A stretch of DNA of 64,000 nt, taken from contig CP060763.1 in assembly GCA_023205875.1 (NCBI GenBank), positions 248,001 through 312,000 on the forward strand, written 5' to 3'. Origin of the DNA: Chloropicon primus (Eukaryota). Below the pieces are notes generated by a model. It had not been told where the DNA came from, made no database searches, and worked only from the letters and a program-made list of their open reading frames with translations. The first letter of the stretch is position 1. Every line of letters begins with the position of its first letter. This document shows, one piece after another, positions 10,168 through 20,478 of this stretch. The position numbers and the translations under genes were made by a program.

Positions 10168-11085
10168 GGTCCCACGAAGCTTCCTCCCCTCCCTCCCCTT
10201 TCTTCCCCCCTCTCTCTCCCCCTCGCCTCCTCCTGCGAGCTGCCGCGCCCCTCGCTTCTCTCCCTCTCAGAGCCCTTCCCTCCTCACTACGACGTCAAAC
10301 TCCGCAACCAAGCAGTCAATCGAAAGCCCTCGAGACAATGCTTCTTTCAAGCCCGGACTCACCCAGCCTCACGCGCGCCTCCGTCCCCTGTCAATCGCGA
10401 AACAAGTAGGCTCACGAGTCAGTTCCCTTTGCTCCAATCCTTTCCATGAACGTTTCTGAGTCAAATCTTGACGAAAACGTTCAAGCGATGTGTCCATCGA
10501 AAGGTCTAGACAAAACGCTTCGTTTGCCTTCTTCCTCCTCACCTCTACTGTCCTCCTTTCCTTTCAAATCCTGGCTCAAAGTCGCGACGCTCGCAAGTTC
10601 TCTCGCGATTCTCTCTCTCTCTCTCTTCGAGGCGGCTGGCGAGCAGTGGAGGAAAACGCCACGAGGCGCACGCGAGCGAGCGCGAGGGAGAGGTCAAGAA
10701 AGAGAGAGACAGGAAGGAGAGGGACGGGAGTGGGTGAAGCGTAGGGTGAGAGGGAACGATAGAGCGTCTCTTCCTCTTTCGAAAGAGCCCTCACTCGAGC
10801 CGAGTAACGTTCCGAGGAGGAAGGCAAGGACGCGGAGAGAGGAAGAGGAAGACGGAGAGGCAGGGAGAGGAGAGGAGGAGAGGAGGAGGCGTCGCTTGGG
10901 TTGAGGAGCGCAGACTCCTCTGGTGATTCGTCCTTCCTCTGGTGCGTTCCCGTCTCGCCTCGTGCCTTCGTTCTCGAGCGAAGGAGGGAAGAGGAGAGGA
11001 AGAGAGCCGAGCCCAAGGGGAGGGAGTGAGTGATCTCTCTCTGTCTCTCTCTCTCGTGTGGACGAGAGGAGAGGAGGGGAGCGAG

Positions 11086-11932
11086 ATGGCTGCGGAGCAG
11101 ACGGGTGGTGAGATCGTCCCCGCGGGGCCAAGCGAAGGAGGCGAGCCAGGGAGTGACCTCCAAGTCGTTGTCGCGCCGGGTCAGCGAACGAACGGTATTG
11201 TGCCAACGATACAAAACGTGGTCGCGACTGTGCAGGTGAGTTTTCTTTTTCGTCAGCAAAGAGTCAAGCGGCTTGGGTCTTGGTGTGGTGGCTGATACGA
11301 TCCTCCCTCTCTCTCTCTTTTTTTTTTTGGTTCTCTTCTCTTCTCTTCAGATGGGCTGCAAGCTGGACCTTCGGTCTATCGTGAGGCAAGCGCGTAATGC
11401 CGAGTACAACCCGAGGAGGTTCGCCGCGGTGATCATGCGCATAAGGGAGCCCAAGACGACGGCTCTGATGTTTGCCTCCGGTAAAATGGTGTGCACGGGT
11501 GCGAAGAGCGAGGCCATGTCTCAGCTTGCCGCGAAAAAGTATGTCAGAGTGGTGCAGAAGTGCGGCATGCCGGCAGAGTTCAAGGAGTTCAAAGTACAGA
11601 ATATGGTGGGGAGCTGCGACGTCCAGTTTCCCATCAGGCTGGAGGTCCTGGCGCACTCTCACTCCGTTTTCTGCAGTTACGAGCCTGAGATCTTCCCGGG
11701 TCTCATTTACAAAATGAAGCAGCCCAAAGTGGTCCTGCTCGTCTTCGTGTCGGGAAAGATTGTGCTTACGGGAGCCAAGTCGAGGCAGGACATCTACCAA
11801 GCCTTCGAGAACATCTACCCAGTGCTGCAAGAGTTCCGGAAAAGCGAGATCCTTACGCCGATACCCGTGGAGGCACGGGTCGGCAACAGCAGCGCGCAGG
11901 GCGGAGCGCAGCCACAACTTCCTGCCCCTTGA
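11086..11932 (+). CDS. TBP: TATA-box binding protein, 2 exons
   Basis: Exon1 11086-11235 (...[14 protein letters not shown]); GTGAGT..CAG intron 11236-11350; exon2 11351-11932 ([30 protein letters not shown]...[11 protein letters not shown]...[12 protein letters not shown]). Confidence 0.96.
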
Positions 11933-12018
11933 GAGTTTAGTGATAAAGTAAAAGAAAAAAAGATTGTTATATGAAAATATTTTCCCTCTCTTCTCCTCGG
12001 GGAGTCTCCCCTCTTTAC

Positions 12019-15000
12019 TCAGTGGAGGTTGTACGGCTGAAAGTGAGTCGCGAGCTGCTTTGGGTTGCATCTCTGACCGTTCTTCAGCGTGAACTTGAGG
12101 ATGTCCCTCGATGCCTCCTGGCGCGATGGCAGCTTCACCAGATTTGGGTGAAAAATGTGGGCCAGGAGCTCTATGCCATCCACGAGTCTCGGCCCAGGTC
12201 TCGAAAAGTAAGCGTGGTCGATGATGTAAACCTCCCCTTTGTATACAGCGGGGATGGACCACCAGCCAGGCATCGAAGCCAGTATGTTGACCTCAGAGAG
12301 AGTCTCCAGGGGGCTCGAGGAGCACGGCGTGAGGATCAGTATCTCCGGGGCGCATGCTCTCACCCTCTGCCAGTTAACCCTGTGGGCTAAAGCGCCTGGC
12401 TCCTGCAAAGGATCGAACCCCCCGGCGAGCGACTTCATTTCCGGGAGCCAGTGGCCGCCAAGCACCAGAGGTGAGAGCCCCTCGAAAGAGATCACCCTTG
12501 GCTTGTGCTCCGCCCTGGACACGACGTTCGCCACTTGCCTCAGCCTGTGTCTAAGGCTGGTGACCAGCTGGACCGCGGTGTCGTAAACACCGCAAGTCGT
12601 GCCAATTTCGATCAAGTGCTGGAAGACATCTGAGAGAATGTAAGCTTTGAGGTCCAAAACCGAGCACCCCACGGGCTGCTTCGTGGACTTGTCGATCAAA
12701 CCGGCTTGCGTCAAGGCCTCCGCAACGACGCTGGTGCTATCAGGACTGCAGGATTTGCACGTGCCCTGGGTGATGACTACTCCAGGCCTAGTGATGGAGA
12801 GCCACGTGACATCCAGGCGGAAAGGAATCTCTTTCCTGCCTCTCATCTCGGACAGCTTGGAATCGACTTGCTTTGCGCTCGGGGACGCGCCCAAGGATCT
12901 GCTCCCTCCGTGCTGCGAATGATCTCCTTCTCCGAATACCATGCTGTTGTTGTGGAATTTCAGCCTGCTCTGGCTCACGACATGCCGCCCCTGGTGAATG
13001 CTGATCGGGTAGTCGCACAGATCGGTTACCGCAACAAGCCTCTCCTCCAACCCGAGTGCACAGACCATCTCGGTTGCCTGGGGAGACAAGGAGCAAATGG
13101 CGAGCTCGCTTGGAATTGTGATGAATGAGACATCCGACCCCCCGGGCCTGTGCGACATGGAGCTCTTGAGGGTAAACTCCTCAATGTCCGCGTATGAGAT
13201 CGAACCCTTCTTTCCCTTGTACAAGCCCGACTTCCTCCTTCTTTCAGAAGATATGCTCTTTGTCTTCCCAGGCACGGCGTCGTTGAAGGAAAGCGCCTTG
13301 CTCACATTCCCCGCATCGCTGAAGTCCTGGTTTGGCAGGTTCGAACACGATATGCACCTCTGGTGAGACACGCCATTTGACTTTTGGGTGGCGTCATCCC
13401 CTGATGGAAGCGAGTGGCCCTCGTCCGAGCTGGAATTTTTGCTTCCCCCGCTGCTCGCGCTTTTGAGGTTGTTATAAATGGGGTTCATGTAGACCTCGCT
13501 CTCCGCCTTGAGGTGCATATCGCCCAGCTTCCTGACGATGGCGTTGCTCAGATCGTCCGCATCGACAAGGCTACACACACCAGCAAAGTGCGAGGCCAGA
13601 TTGGGATTGGACCTAAAATGCAAGTGCACAAAGGACGCCAGGACATTCTTGGCATTGTAGCCTTCCTTGGCCACTTTTTGCAAGTCCCCCGAGAGGCCCT
13701 CGAGTTTCACCTCGTAGATCTCTTTGTAGCTGCAGGGGGACAGAGCATCGCTGTCCTGCATCGCCAGGCTAAAGGCTTGGTTGAGGGACCCGCTGCCAAA
13801 CGACGGCTTCTTTGAATGATGGAACCCTCCTATCACTCTCTCCTCAACAATCTCGCTGAAGTGAAAGAACTGGCCCCGGATGACAGCCTCTGTCGGGAAA
13901 AGGCCATTCTTCCCGCGAGTCTTCACAGAAACGTAGCCTAAGTTGGCTTTCGGAGTCATCCTCGTTCTGAAGGGGAACACGCCCACCATGTTGTACTGCT
14001 GGGCCCCCTCCTCCCCCGCCGCTTCCAGGCTCTTGCTAAGGTACATCAGGCCGCCGCACTCGGCGTAGATGATACCCCCGCACTTGGCGAACGCGTGTAT
14101 CTCCTCCCGCATCCGGTGGTTCTCCTCCAACTTGGCAGCAAAGTTCTCCGGGTACCCTCCGCCGATATAGATCGCTTGAAGGTGCTTGGGCAACCCAGAA
14201 TCGTTCATGGGGGAGAAGAAAACCAACTCAGCCCCGTTCTCCTGCAGCATCAAAAGATTGTCGTGGTAGTAGAAGCAGAAAGCCTCGTCCCTCGCGACTC
14301 CGATCCTCGCGATGGGTTCTGGGAAAGACCTCTCGCTGCGCTCGCTTTCCAGGTCTCCAGGAATCCGTGCGCTCCTCGCAATGCCGAGCAGCTGCTCGGG
14401 GTCGAGGAGGTTCCTTGAGACCGACTCTAGACAGTCGAAATTCCTGCACTCGCTCGGGTACTTGAGCCCCAGGTGCCTCTCCGGGATCTCCATGTTCGCC
14501 CAAAACGGAATCGCCCCCAAGATGGCCGCGGATTTGCCTATCGCCTGCTCCAGCCACTGAACGTGCGGACTGCCCATGTAGAGCGCGCCAAAGTCCTCCC
14601 CCTCCGAAGCGCTTCCCACCTCAATGGAGTCGATTCCGCTCATGAACACCTTGTTCAAGACCGTCGCGGGCACATTCAAGTCCTTGTCGAAGAGCTGGAA
14701 GCCCCTCAGCTGAGCAGCCGCAGACCTTGACATGGCGGAGCAGTCCAGGACCAAGACGACCGGAGCTCCCAGCCACTTTGCTATCTCTGCCGTGCTCCCA
14801 AGCTCCGAGCTCCCGTCCCTGCCGTCGTACAACCCCATGCAGCCTTCGATCACCGCTACGATTGGCTCGTCCCCGGTTTCCCCCTCGTACTTGGTCCTTA
14901 TGGCGCAGTGAAACGCCTCGATGCACTCCTCCCTGCCGCCCAAGAGCCAGCCGTCCAAATTCACGCAGGGCCTGCTGGCCGCCCCGCCCGCGCAGGCGAA

Positions 15001-15486
15001 GGTCTCCAAGTGCTTCCCGTCAAGGAAGTCCGGCCCAACCTTGAAAGGCTGGATGAGGTACCCCGCCCTCCTCAGCGCCAGGGAGATGCACGAAGCCACC
15101 GTCGTCTTCCCCACTCCGCTGCTCGCCCCGGACACGACGAGGCACCCAGCAAGCTTCCCACTCGTGCTCGCGTGGGCCCCCGCCCCCGCCCTCTCCTCAA
15201 CCTTGGGCGAGGTGTCCTCCGCCCTGGGAGAAGCGTAGCTCCTGTCCGAGGAACCCTTGAGCTCGGCCAGGGCGACCTTGGCCTCCGCGAGCTCCGCCAC
15301 CAGGAAGTCATTCTCCCTGAGGAGCTCCGCCTTCTCCTCCACGAGTCGAAGCAGAGCCCTGGCTTCCGGCGAAGAGGGGGCCGAAGCGGAGGACGCGGAT
15401 GCCTCCGTCACCGGCGTCAACCTCACCTTGACATCATCCCCAACGCCTCCCTCCAACACCAGGTCACACCGCACCTCCTCGTCCAT
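12019..15486 (-). CDS. Fusion protein: N-terminal coiled coil, cobyrinate a,c-diamide synthase (CobB/CbiA; P-loop synthetase plus class I glutamine amidotransferase), Ser-rich linker, and BtuF-like cobalamin/Fe-siderophore-type binding domain
   Basis: CobB/CbiA motifs SGVGKTT, FKVGPDFLD, VIEGCMGLYDG, GSTAEIAK, ERHLGL, VARDEAFCFYY, GGGYPE, YAECGGLMYL and ASFVHLHF. C-terminal binding-domain motifs ICSLSPQATEMVCALG...CDYP, GHWLPEM..LAGG and YFSRPGPRLVDGIELLAHIFHP. One continuous 1155-aa ORF. Confidence 0.9.
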   Translation of the reverse strand: MDEEVRCDLVLEGGVGDDVKVRLTPVTEASASSASAPSSPEARALLRLVEEKAELLRENDFLVAELAEAKVALAELKGSSDRSYASPRAEDTSPKVEERAGAGAHASTSGKLAGCLVVSGASSGVGKTTVASCISLALRRAGYLIQPFKVGPDFLDGKHLETFACAGGAASRPCVNLDGWLLGGREECIEAFHCAIRTKYEGETGDEPIVAVIEGCMGLYDGRDGSSELGSTAEIAKWLGAPVVLVLDCSAMSRSAAAQLRGFQLFDKDLNVPATVLNKVFMSGIDSIEVGSASEGEDFGALYMGSPHVQWLEQAIGKSAAILGAIPFWANMEIPERHLGLKYPSECRNFDCLESVSRNLLDPEQLLGIARSARIPGDLESERSERSFPEPIARIGVARDEAFCFYYHDNLLMLQENGAELVFFSPMNDSGLPKHLQAIYIGGGYPENFAAKLEENHRMREEIHAFAKCGGIIYAECGGLMYLSKSLEAAGEEGAQQYNMVGVFPFRTRMTPKANLGYVSVKTRGKNGLFPTEAVIRGQFFHFSEIVEERVIGGFHHSKKPSFGSGSLNQAFSLAMQDSDALSPCSYKEIYEVKLEGLSGDLQKVAKEGYNAKNVLASFVHLHFRSNPNLASHFAGVCSLVDADDLSNAIVRKLGDMHLKAESEVYMNPIYNNLKSASSGGSKNSSSDEGHSLPSGDDATQKSNGVSHQRCISCSNLPNQDFSDAGNVSKALSFNDAVPGKTKSISSERRRKSGLYKGKKGSISYADIEEFTLKSSMSHRPGGSDVSFITIPSELAICSLSPQATEMVCALGLEERLVAVTDLCDYPISIHQGRHVVSQSRLKFHNNSMVFGEGDHSQHGGSRSLGASPSAKQVDSKLSEMRGRKEIPFRLDVTWLSITRPGVVITQGTCKSCSPDSTSVVAEALTQAGLIDKSTKQPVGCSVLDLKAYILSDVFQHLIEIGTTCGVYDTAVQLVTSLRHRLRQVANVVSRAEHKPRVISFEGLSPLVLGGHWLPEMKSLAGGFDPLQEPGALAHRVNWQRVRACAPEILILTPCSSSPLETLSEVNILASMPGWWSIPAVYKGEVYIIDHAYFSRPGPRLVDGIELLAHIFHPNLVKLPSRQEASRDILKFTLKNGQRCNPKQLATHFQPYNLH

Positions 15487-15885
15487 CCAAACCCTTCAAC
15501 GCTTCCACGAAAACGTCCGCGCGCAGCAGTCGTAACGGCCGTAACCGAAGGAATCGGGAGAGTGCATGAAAACACCGCGGCCGTAACCGAAGGCCCTCCG
15601 GATAACGTTGCACCTTGCTGGCCTGTTCTGAAGATGCTCAGTTGAAGCGTGTTCCTCTCTCCTTCGTGGAGGACAAACTTGGACGAGATCTTTCGACCGA
15701 CCACTTGTTCGAAAGCTGACGAGACGTAGGTTTTTGCTCTTCCCTTCCCTTCCCCTTCCGCCCTCGTCCTCGTCCTCCTTTTAGCGATCGAAACCAACCA
15801 GCTCCTCTCCTCTCCTCCACCCGATCGATGATCGGTCGATCGCGAATTCGCGCGCATCCAAAAACTGCGAAACAGACAGAGGAAG

Positions 15886-16252
15886 TCGAGTGCCGAGGGT
15901 TCAACCACGAACCTTTTGACGACGACAACGACGCGATTGTTGGAGAGGGAAAGGGAGGGCAGAGGTGAGGGTGGAAAGTGTGTCTCACGGCCTTTCGTTT
16001 GGTCCCTCACTTGACGCATTTGGTGCCTGGGAAGGGGCTGAGCATCTGCATCGAAGGGCGGGACGTTTGGGGAGAACAGGCGAGTGTCGAGGGTTTAACC
16101 ACGGACGCCGGAGCTTTTGACGACGACGACGCTATCATTGGAGAGGGAGAGGAAGGAAGTAGACCTCACGGTCTTTCGTTTGGTCCCTCACTTGACGCAT
16201 TTGGTGCCTGGGAAGGGGTTGAGCAACTGCCTCGAAGGGCGGACGTGTTGGG
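15886..16252. repeat. Imperfect tandem duplication of ~180 bp directly upstream of the ATG at 16253
   Basis: Copies at ~15886-16072 and ~16081-16252 share CGAGTG.CGAGGGTT.AACCACG, CTTTTGACGACGAC and an identical block CTTTCGTTTGGTCCCTCACTTGACGCATTTGGTGCCTGGGAAGGGG. Confidence 0.9.
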
Positions 16253-18037
16253 ATGGACATGAAGGACGTGGTGATACAGAGGCAGCAGTACCAGGGGAGC
16301 TCGAGGCCTTCGAGCGCTGGCCCTGGACCTCCGAGCTACGGCGTGAAGAGGATGAGCGTGGATGAGGAGAGGATTAAGATAAGGATGGCTCTGAGGGCTT
16401 TGGACGAGAGGGACTTGGACTCGAACATCATCTCCTGGCTGAAGCACGTTGCGGTGCAAGGGACGGAGAGGGAGACGCCGAGGCTTCTTTTGCTGGAGCT
16501 TTTCCAGGGCCTGGACGCGAGCAACGTGAACGGAAGGAAGCAGAGGTTCAGGTTGGCGCGGCACTTGGTGAACACGAGCGCTTGGGTGGAGTTCCACGAC
16601 ACGGTTCCAGCGATACTTAAGACGATGCTGAAGAGAGCGAGCGAGGAGAAGTCCCAGGGCCTGTACGAGGAGGAGGCGAAGTTCCTTCAGGACTTGACGG
16701 ACTGCGCCCTTCGCCTGGCGGCCGTGCAGGACGAGGGGAGGAGGGACTGGGTGGGCCAGAGCCTCGCCAAGCCCTTTCTCGACGTGGTATCCAAGACTCT
16801 GAACGCGCAGAAGATAGCGGGTTGCTCCAGGCACCTCCAGGCCATTTTGTCTGCCTGCGCCATGTCGACCCACATCGATTTGGATGTCTCCCAAGCCATC
16901 GCGAGGGACGTGTCGAGGAGGGTCGGCAAGGTCCTCCACCACCACCGCCAGCACTGCGCGAAAATTCCTGAAGTCTACGCCCTCATGGAGAAGTGCTGCG
17001 AGATCACCCAGCTTGAGCTCAGTCACCAGCAAGTCCAGACGCTAATTGAGCTGTTCTCCTCCTCCCTGGACAACAAGGACAACTGGCACGTCAGGAAGGC
17101 GGGTTTGGAGCTCCTCACCACGGTGAGCACCGTCTTCGTCGATGCACCAAAGTACCCCGGCGACTCGGAGGCGAGGGAGGTGCTGAGGAAGTACATGGGA
17201 GTGATTCAGGGCTGCCTCGACAAGGCGAGGTACGACAAAATCGTGCACGTGAGGAAAGCGATGCAGAAAGCCCAGGCAGCGTTCAACGCAGTAGAACTGG
17301 TTTCCTTTGACGATTATGCGGTGGAGCTGGAGGACCTGAGCCAGAAGCAGGCGGGGGCGCCACCTTCCAGATCCAACCGAGCCGCGCACTCGAGAAGGCC
17401 GTTCAGGAGGCCCCAGGCAAAGCTTGGCAATGATTTTGGGATCCAGATCTTCGTTCCCTTGGAGGACGAGAGCGAGCAGAACGAGATTGACCTCGTCAGG
17501 CGCGCGCCACTGGGCGACGGCAGGCAGCAGCAGGGCTTGAACAAGGATGCCTCCGTGTCCGCCACCAGCAGCCCAGAGGCCAGCCCGCAGGGCCGCAGGG
17601 TGGAGGAAGCAGGGGAAGGGTCGAGGGAAGCCGCGGGTGTGCCTGAGGGCCTCATGGAAGGGAAAGGGTTTCCGGGTGGTTTGGAATCGACCGCAAAGCC
17701 GTTTCAGGACTCGTTGATGGTGGAAGGACAAGGGAAGGAAGGGAAGGACCGCATGATGTCGGTGAGCAATCACACGTTAGAGTCCCTGCTGACGATACAC
17801 GCGCAGGAGATCGAGAAGTTCTACAGGGAGAAGGAGAAGGAGGAGCTCGAGAAGTTGAAAGAGAAGTTTGAGAAGCACTTCAAGAAACTTCAGGAGGCTT
17901 TCGAGAGGGACACGACGAAAGTGAAGAGCGTGATCCAAAGCGCGATAGACAAGGAGATCGATTTCTTCAAGGAAGACAGGCTGCCTAAGCTCGCAAAGCT
18001 GCTTTCAGAGAAAAGGGACAGCGCACCTGCTCAATAA
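16253..18037 (+). CDS. HEAT/ARM-repeat protein resembling TORTIFOLIA1/SPIRAL2-family microtubule-associated proteins, with a C-terminal coiled coil
   Basis: N-terminal KIRMALRALDERD, DNWHVRKAGLELL and LDKARYDKIVHVRKAMQKA resemble the TOR1/SPR2 HEAT region (DW.TRKAA...RFDKIKPVR). Later DFGIQIFVP and a Glu/Lys coiled coil. Confidence 0.6.
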   Translation: MDMKDVVIQRQQYQGSSRPSSAGPGPPSYGVKRMSVDEERIKIRMALRALDERDLDSNIISWLKHVAVQGTERETPRLLLLELFQGLDASNVNGRKQRFRLARHLVNTSAWVEFHDTVPAILKTMLKRASEEKSQGLYEEEAKFLQDLTDCALRLAAVQDEGRRDWVGQSLAKPFLDVVSKTLNAQKIAGCSRHLQAILSACAMSTHIDLDVSQAIARDVSRRVGKVLHHHRQHCAKIPEVYALMEKCCEITQLELSHQQVQTLIELFSSSLDNKDNWHVRKAGLELLTTVSTVFVDAPKYPGDSEAREVLRKYMGVIQGCLDKARYDKIVHVRKAMQKAQAAFNAVELVSFDDYAVELEDLSQKQAGAPPSRSNRAAHSRRPFRRPQAKLGNDFGIQIFVPLEDESEQNEIDLVRRAPLGDGRQQQGLNKDASVSATSSPEASPQGRRVEEAGEGSREAAGVPEGLMEGKGFPGGLESTAKPFQDSLMVEGQGKEGKDRMMSVSNHTLESLLTIHAQEIEKFYREKEKEELEKLKEKFEKHFKKLQEAFERDTTKVKSVIQSAIDKEIDFFKEDRLPKLAKLLSEKRDSAPAQ

Positions 18038-18073
18038 ACAACTCGAATTTACATTGGGACAACTACAAAAATA

Positions 18074-19582
18074 TTACGATTCCCCCTCATTTTTTTCGGT
18101 GGAGTACACATCGAAGTGAACCACCATTGGCCTGTGATCACTGAGATTGCACCAGCTCTTCCAGTCCATGCCGCTCGCGAAACTCACGTCTTCCACGTTA
18201 TCATAAGAATCGAGCGAGTTCAGAGTCCATTTGCCAGTGTCGAAGTCACTCTCCTCGCCCAAAGACGAGTAACCAACATCCATGTTATCGTCCGCCTCCA
18301 AGCCTTGAGCGCGCTTCTTCCCGAACTTTGGTCTGTGCATTTTCATATCGCAGGGCACGTCCCTAGGCAGCAGGTAAGCGTCCTCTGCCCGCAGCTCCAA
18401 CCCCTTGCTGACGTCGAAGGGCAGCATGTTCAGCTTGGACTGCGCGCCTGGGTCTCTCTTCGCGTTTGCGTTCGAATTTTGCTGGCTCACCTGATCCAGC
18501 GCAGGTTCTGCGTGACCGCCTCCCCCCCTTCCCTCGCTCGCTTCCGACATCCATATGTAATCCACCCCTTTCTGATTTTTTCTGTGGTCGCAGTGGGTGA
18601 TCCTCCGGATGCTCTGCTCGGCCCCTGTGGCCTCAGAGAAGGCGTCCAGGTACCCGCTCACCCTCATCTGGTTCGAGACTTGGTCGTCCAACGTGCCGTT
18701 AAAATCCCCCGAGATAACAATAGGCGTGCCGGGGGGGCAAGAGCCCTCGACAAACTGCTTGCTCTTTCCGACCATCACCTTGGCCTGCTCCAGCCTCGAG
18801 TACTCGTCCAGCGTGTGGTGGGGGTACGTCAGGTGGCTGGTGACGAACGCCATGGGGGACGAGCACTTGCCCGCGGCGGAGGGCTCCCGCGGGGCAGATC
18901 CTGGCTCGCCCGCGCCCCCTTCCATGTTAGCCATCTGCGCCAGAACCACCAAAGCGACCCTGTCGTGGCCGAACTTGCTGTGCTCCCTAAAGTAAATATC
19001 GTGCTGGTTCACGACGTGGAACTTCTCCTTGAGCATCAGGATAGCGACCCCGTCCTCGCTCCTCGTCCTCTGCAAGGAACTGATGGAGTACAGGTGGCCA
19101 AGTTCCTCCTGGTACAAGTCCCTCAAGTAGTCATTGAACCAGAACTCTTGCAGGCAGCACACGTCGCACCTCTGCTCCCGCAGCACCTCGATAATGCACT
19201 TGTGCCGCTTCATCGTTTTCGTCATGCTGGTGGACTCGTAGATTCCATCCGAGCGAAAGTAGCACGGGGCGAGGAGGTTGAACGTGAGAACCTTCAGCCG
19301 GCCCAGGAACGTCTTCCCCTCCTTCTCGTCCTCCTCCTGATGAGTCTCCTTCGACAAGGGGCGGTTGTCCCTCGCGCTGCTCGAGGTCGCCCTCGTCGCA
19401 CCCAGCACCCTCCGCCCCTCCGCCGGCCCTGGCTGCCCCCTCGCAACCCCAGCACTCGTCGTCGCCGAAAGTGCAAACGCCCTCTGCAATATCCTGGCCC
19501 TCGTGGTCAGCCTGCTCCCGCCTCCTTGCCAGGGCCTCACTCCACCGCAAAGAAACCTCTTGCACCGCCCTTGGTTCAGCAT
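18074..19582 (-). CDS. Endonuclease/exonuclease/phosphatase (EEP, DNase I-like) family protein with an organellar-type N-terminal extension
   Basis: TFNLLAP, CLQEFW, SHLTYPH, SGDFNG, THCDHR...GVDYIW and LSDHRP catalytic motifs; first ATG at 19582. Confidence 0.88.
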   Translation of the reverse strand: MLNQGRCKRFLCGGVRPWQGGGSRLTTRARILQRAFALSATTSAGVARGQPGPAEGRRVLGATRATSSSARDNRPLSKETHQEEDEKEGKTFLGRLKVLTFNLLAPCYFRSDGIYESTSMTKTMKRHKCIIEVLREQRCDVCCLQEFWFNDYLRDLYQEELGHLYSISSLQRTRSEDGVAILMLKEKFHVVNQHDIYFREHSKFGHDRVALVVLAQMANMEGGAGEPGSAPREPSAAGKCSSPMAFVTSHLTYPHHTLDEYSRLEQAKVMVGKSKQFVEGSCPPGTPIVISGDFNGTLDDQVSNQMRVSGYLDAFSEATGAEQSIRRITHCDHRKNQKGVDYIWMSEASEGRGGGGHAEPALDQVSQQNSNANAKRDPGAQSKLNMLPFDVSKGLELRAEDAYLLPRDVPCDMKMHRPKFGKKRAQGLEADDNMDVGYSSLGEESDFDTGKWTLNSLDSYDNVEDVSFASGMDWKSWCNLSDHRPMVVHFDVYSTEKNEGES

Positions 19583-20403
19583 CGTCGTCGTATACAAGCG
19601 AAGAGGACGAATCACTAACGCAGTATCCCGCTCACGGAGCACGCAGTCGACGCCAAGACCTTCACCTCATGCTCCTCCGCCTCCGTGCCTCTGTCCTCGC
19701 TGCGAAGAAACCACCTTCATTCAAGTCAATACAATTGTCCACAGAGCGTCAAAACTCTCGAGTGAGGTACCCATCGAGAGGTCACGAGACGATTCATCCC
19801 CTCTCACCCCTCGCTCCGTCCTCCTCCGCCCTCCCCATCGCCAACGCCGTCCAGAAACTCACCTCGTGCCCTCTCCTGCAGCTAACCCTTCCCTTGCGTG
19901 ACCACGTTTCTCGACCTCCCCGACGACAGGCTGCACCAAAATCCTCGATTTCGGGTTCTATCGAAAGAGCATGACGCGAAGCGTCGCAATCACCTCACCA
20001 CCGCGTCCCCTTACCCAACCCTCGACCAACCTCCTCGTGTCAAAGAGGACGAAACCCTCCGGTCGTGGCGCGGAAACTCGACCTCCACGTTTCTCAACTT
20101 TTTTTTTCTCTTTTTTCGTCCCCCAGGACAATGAACGCCACTCGTAGGAAGAAAACGCCTTCGCGAATCTGAGGTAAAATAACGTCACCCGGAGAAGGGA
20201 GAAAACCAGAAAAAAATGGATGAGACAGAAGTTGAAGGTGAGGAGGTGAACCTTTTCCCAATGCTGAGGCACCCTCGACCAACCGAGGAGCGCAGTCCTT
20301 GATCTCTTGACATTGAATTGAACGCTCAACAAATTCTGTCTCCTTTCCCTTTCTCTTTCTCTTTCTCTCTGCTTTTTTTTTTCGGGGTTTTGGTGTGGAC
20401 GCC

Positions 20404-20478
20404 ATCATCTTCATCTTCATCTTCATCTTCATCTTCATCTTCATCTTCATCTTCATCACCATCACCACCATCATCATC
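20404..20478. repeat. (TTCATC)n/(CAT)n microsatellite
   Basis: About 8 TTCATC units followed by CAC/CAT triplets. Confidence 0.9.

Noticed and set aside
12019..15486. Bacterial contaminant or recently inserted cob operon
   Set aside because: It is a single gene flanked by eukaryotic genes (spliced TBP 86 bp away), has host-like composition and eukaryote-style low-complexity linkers, and no other cob genes or mobility genes are nearby.
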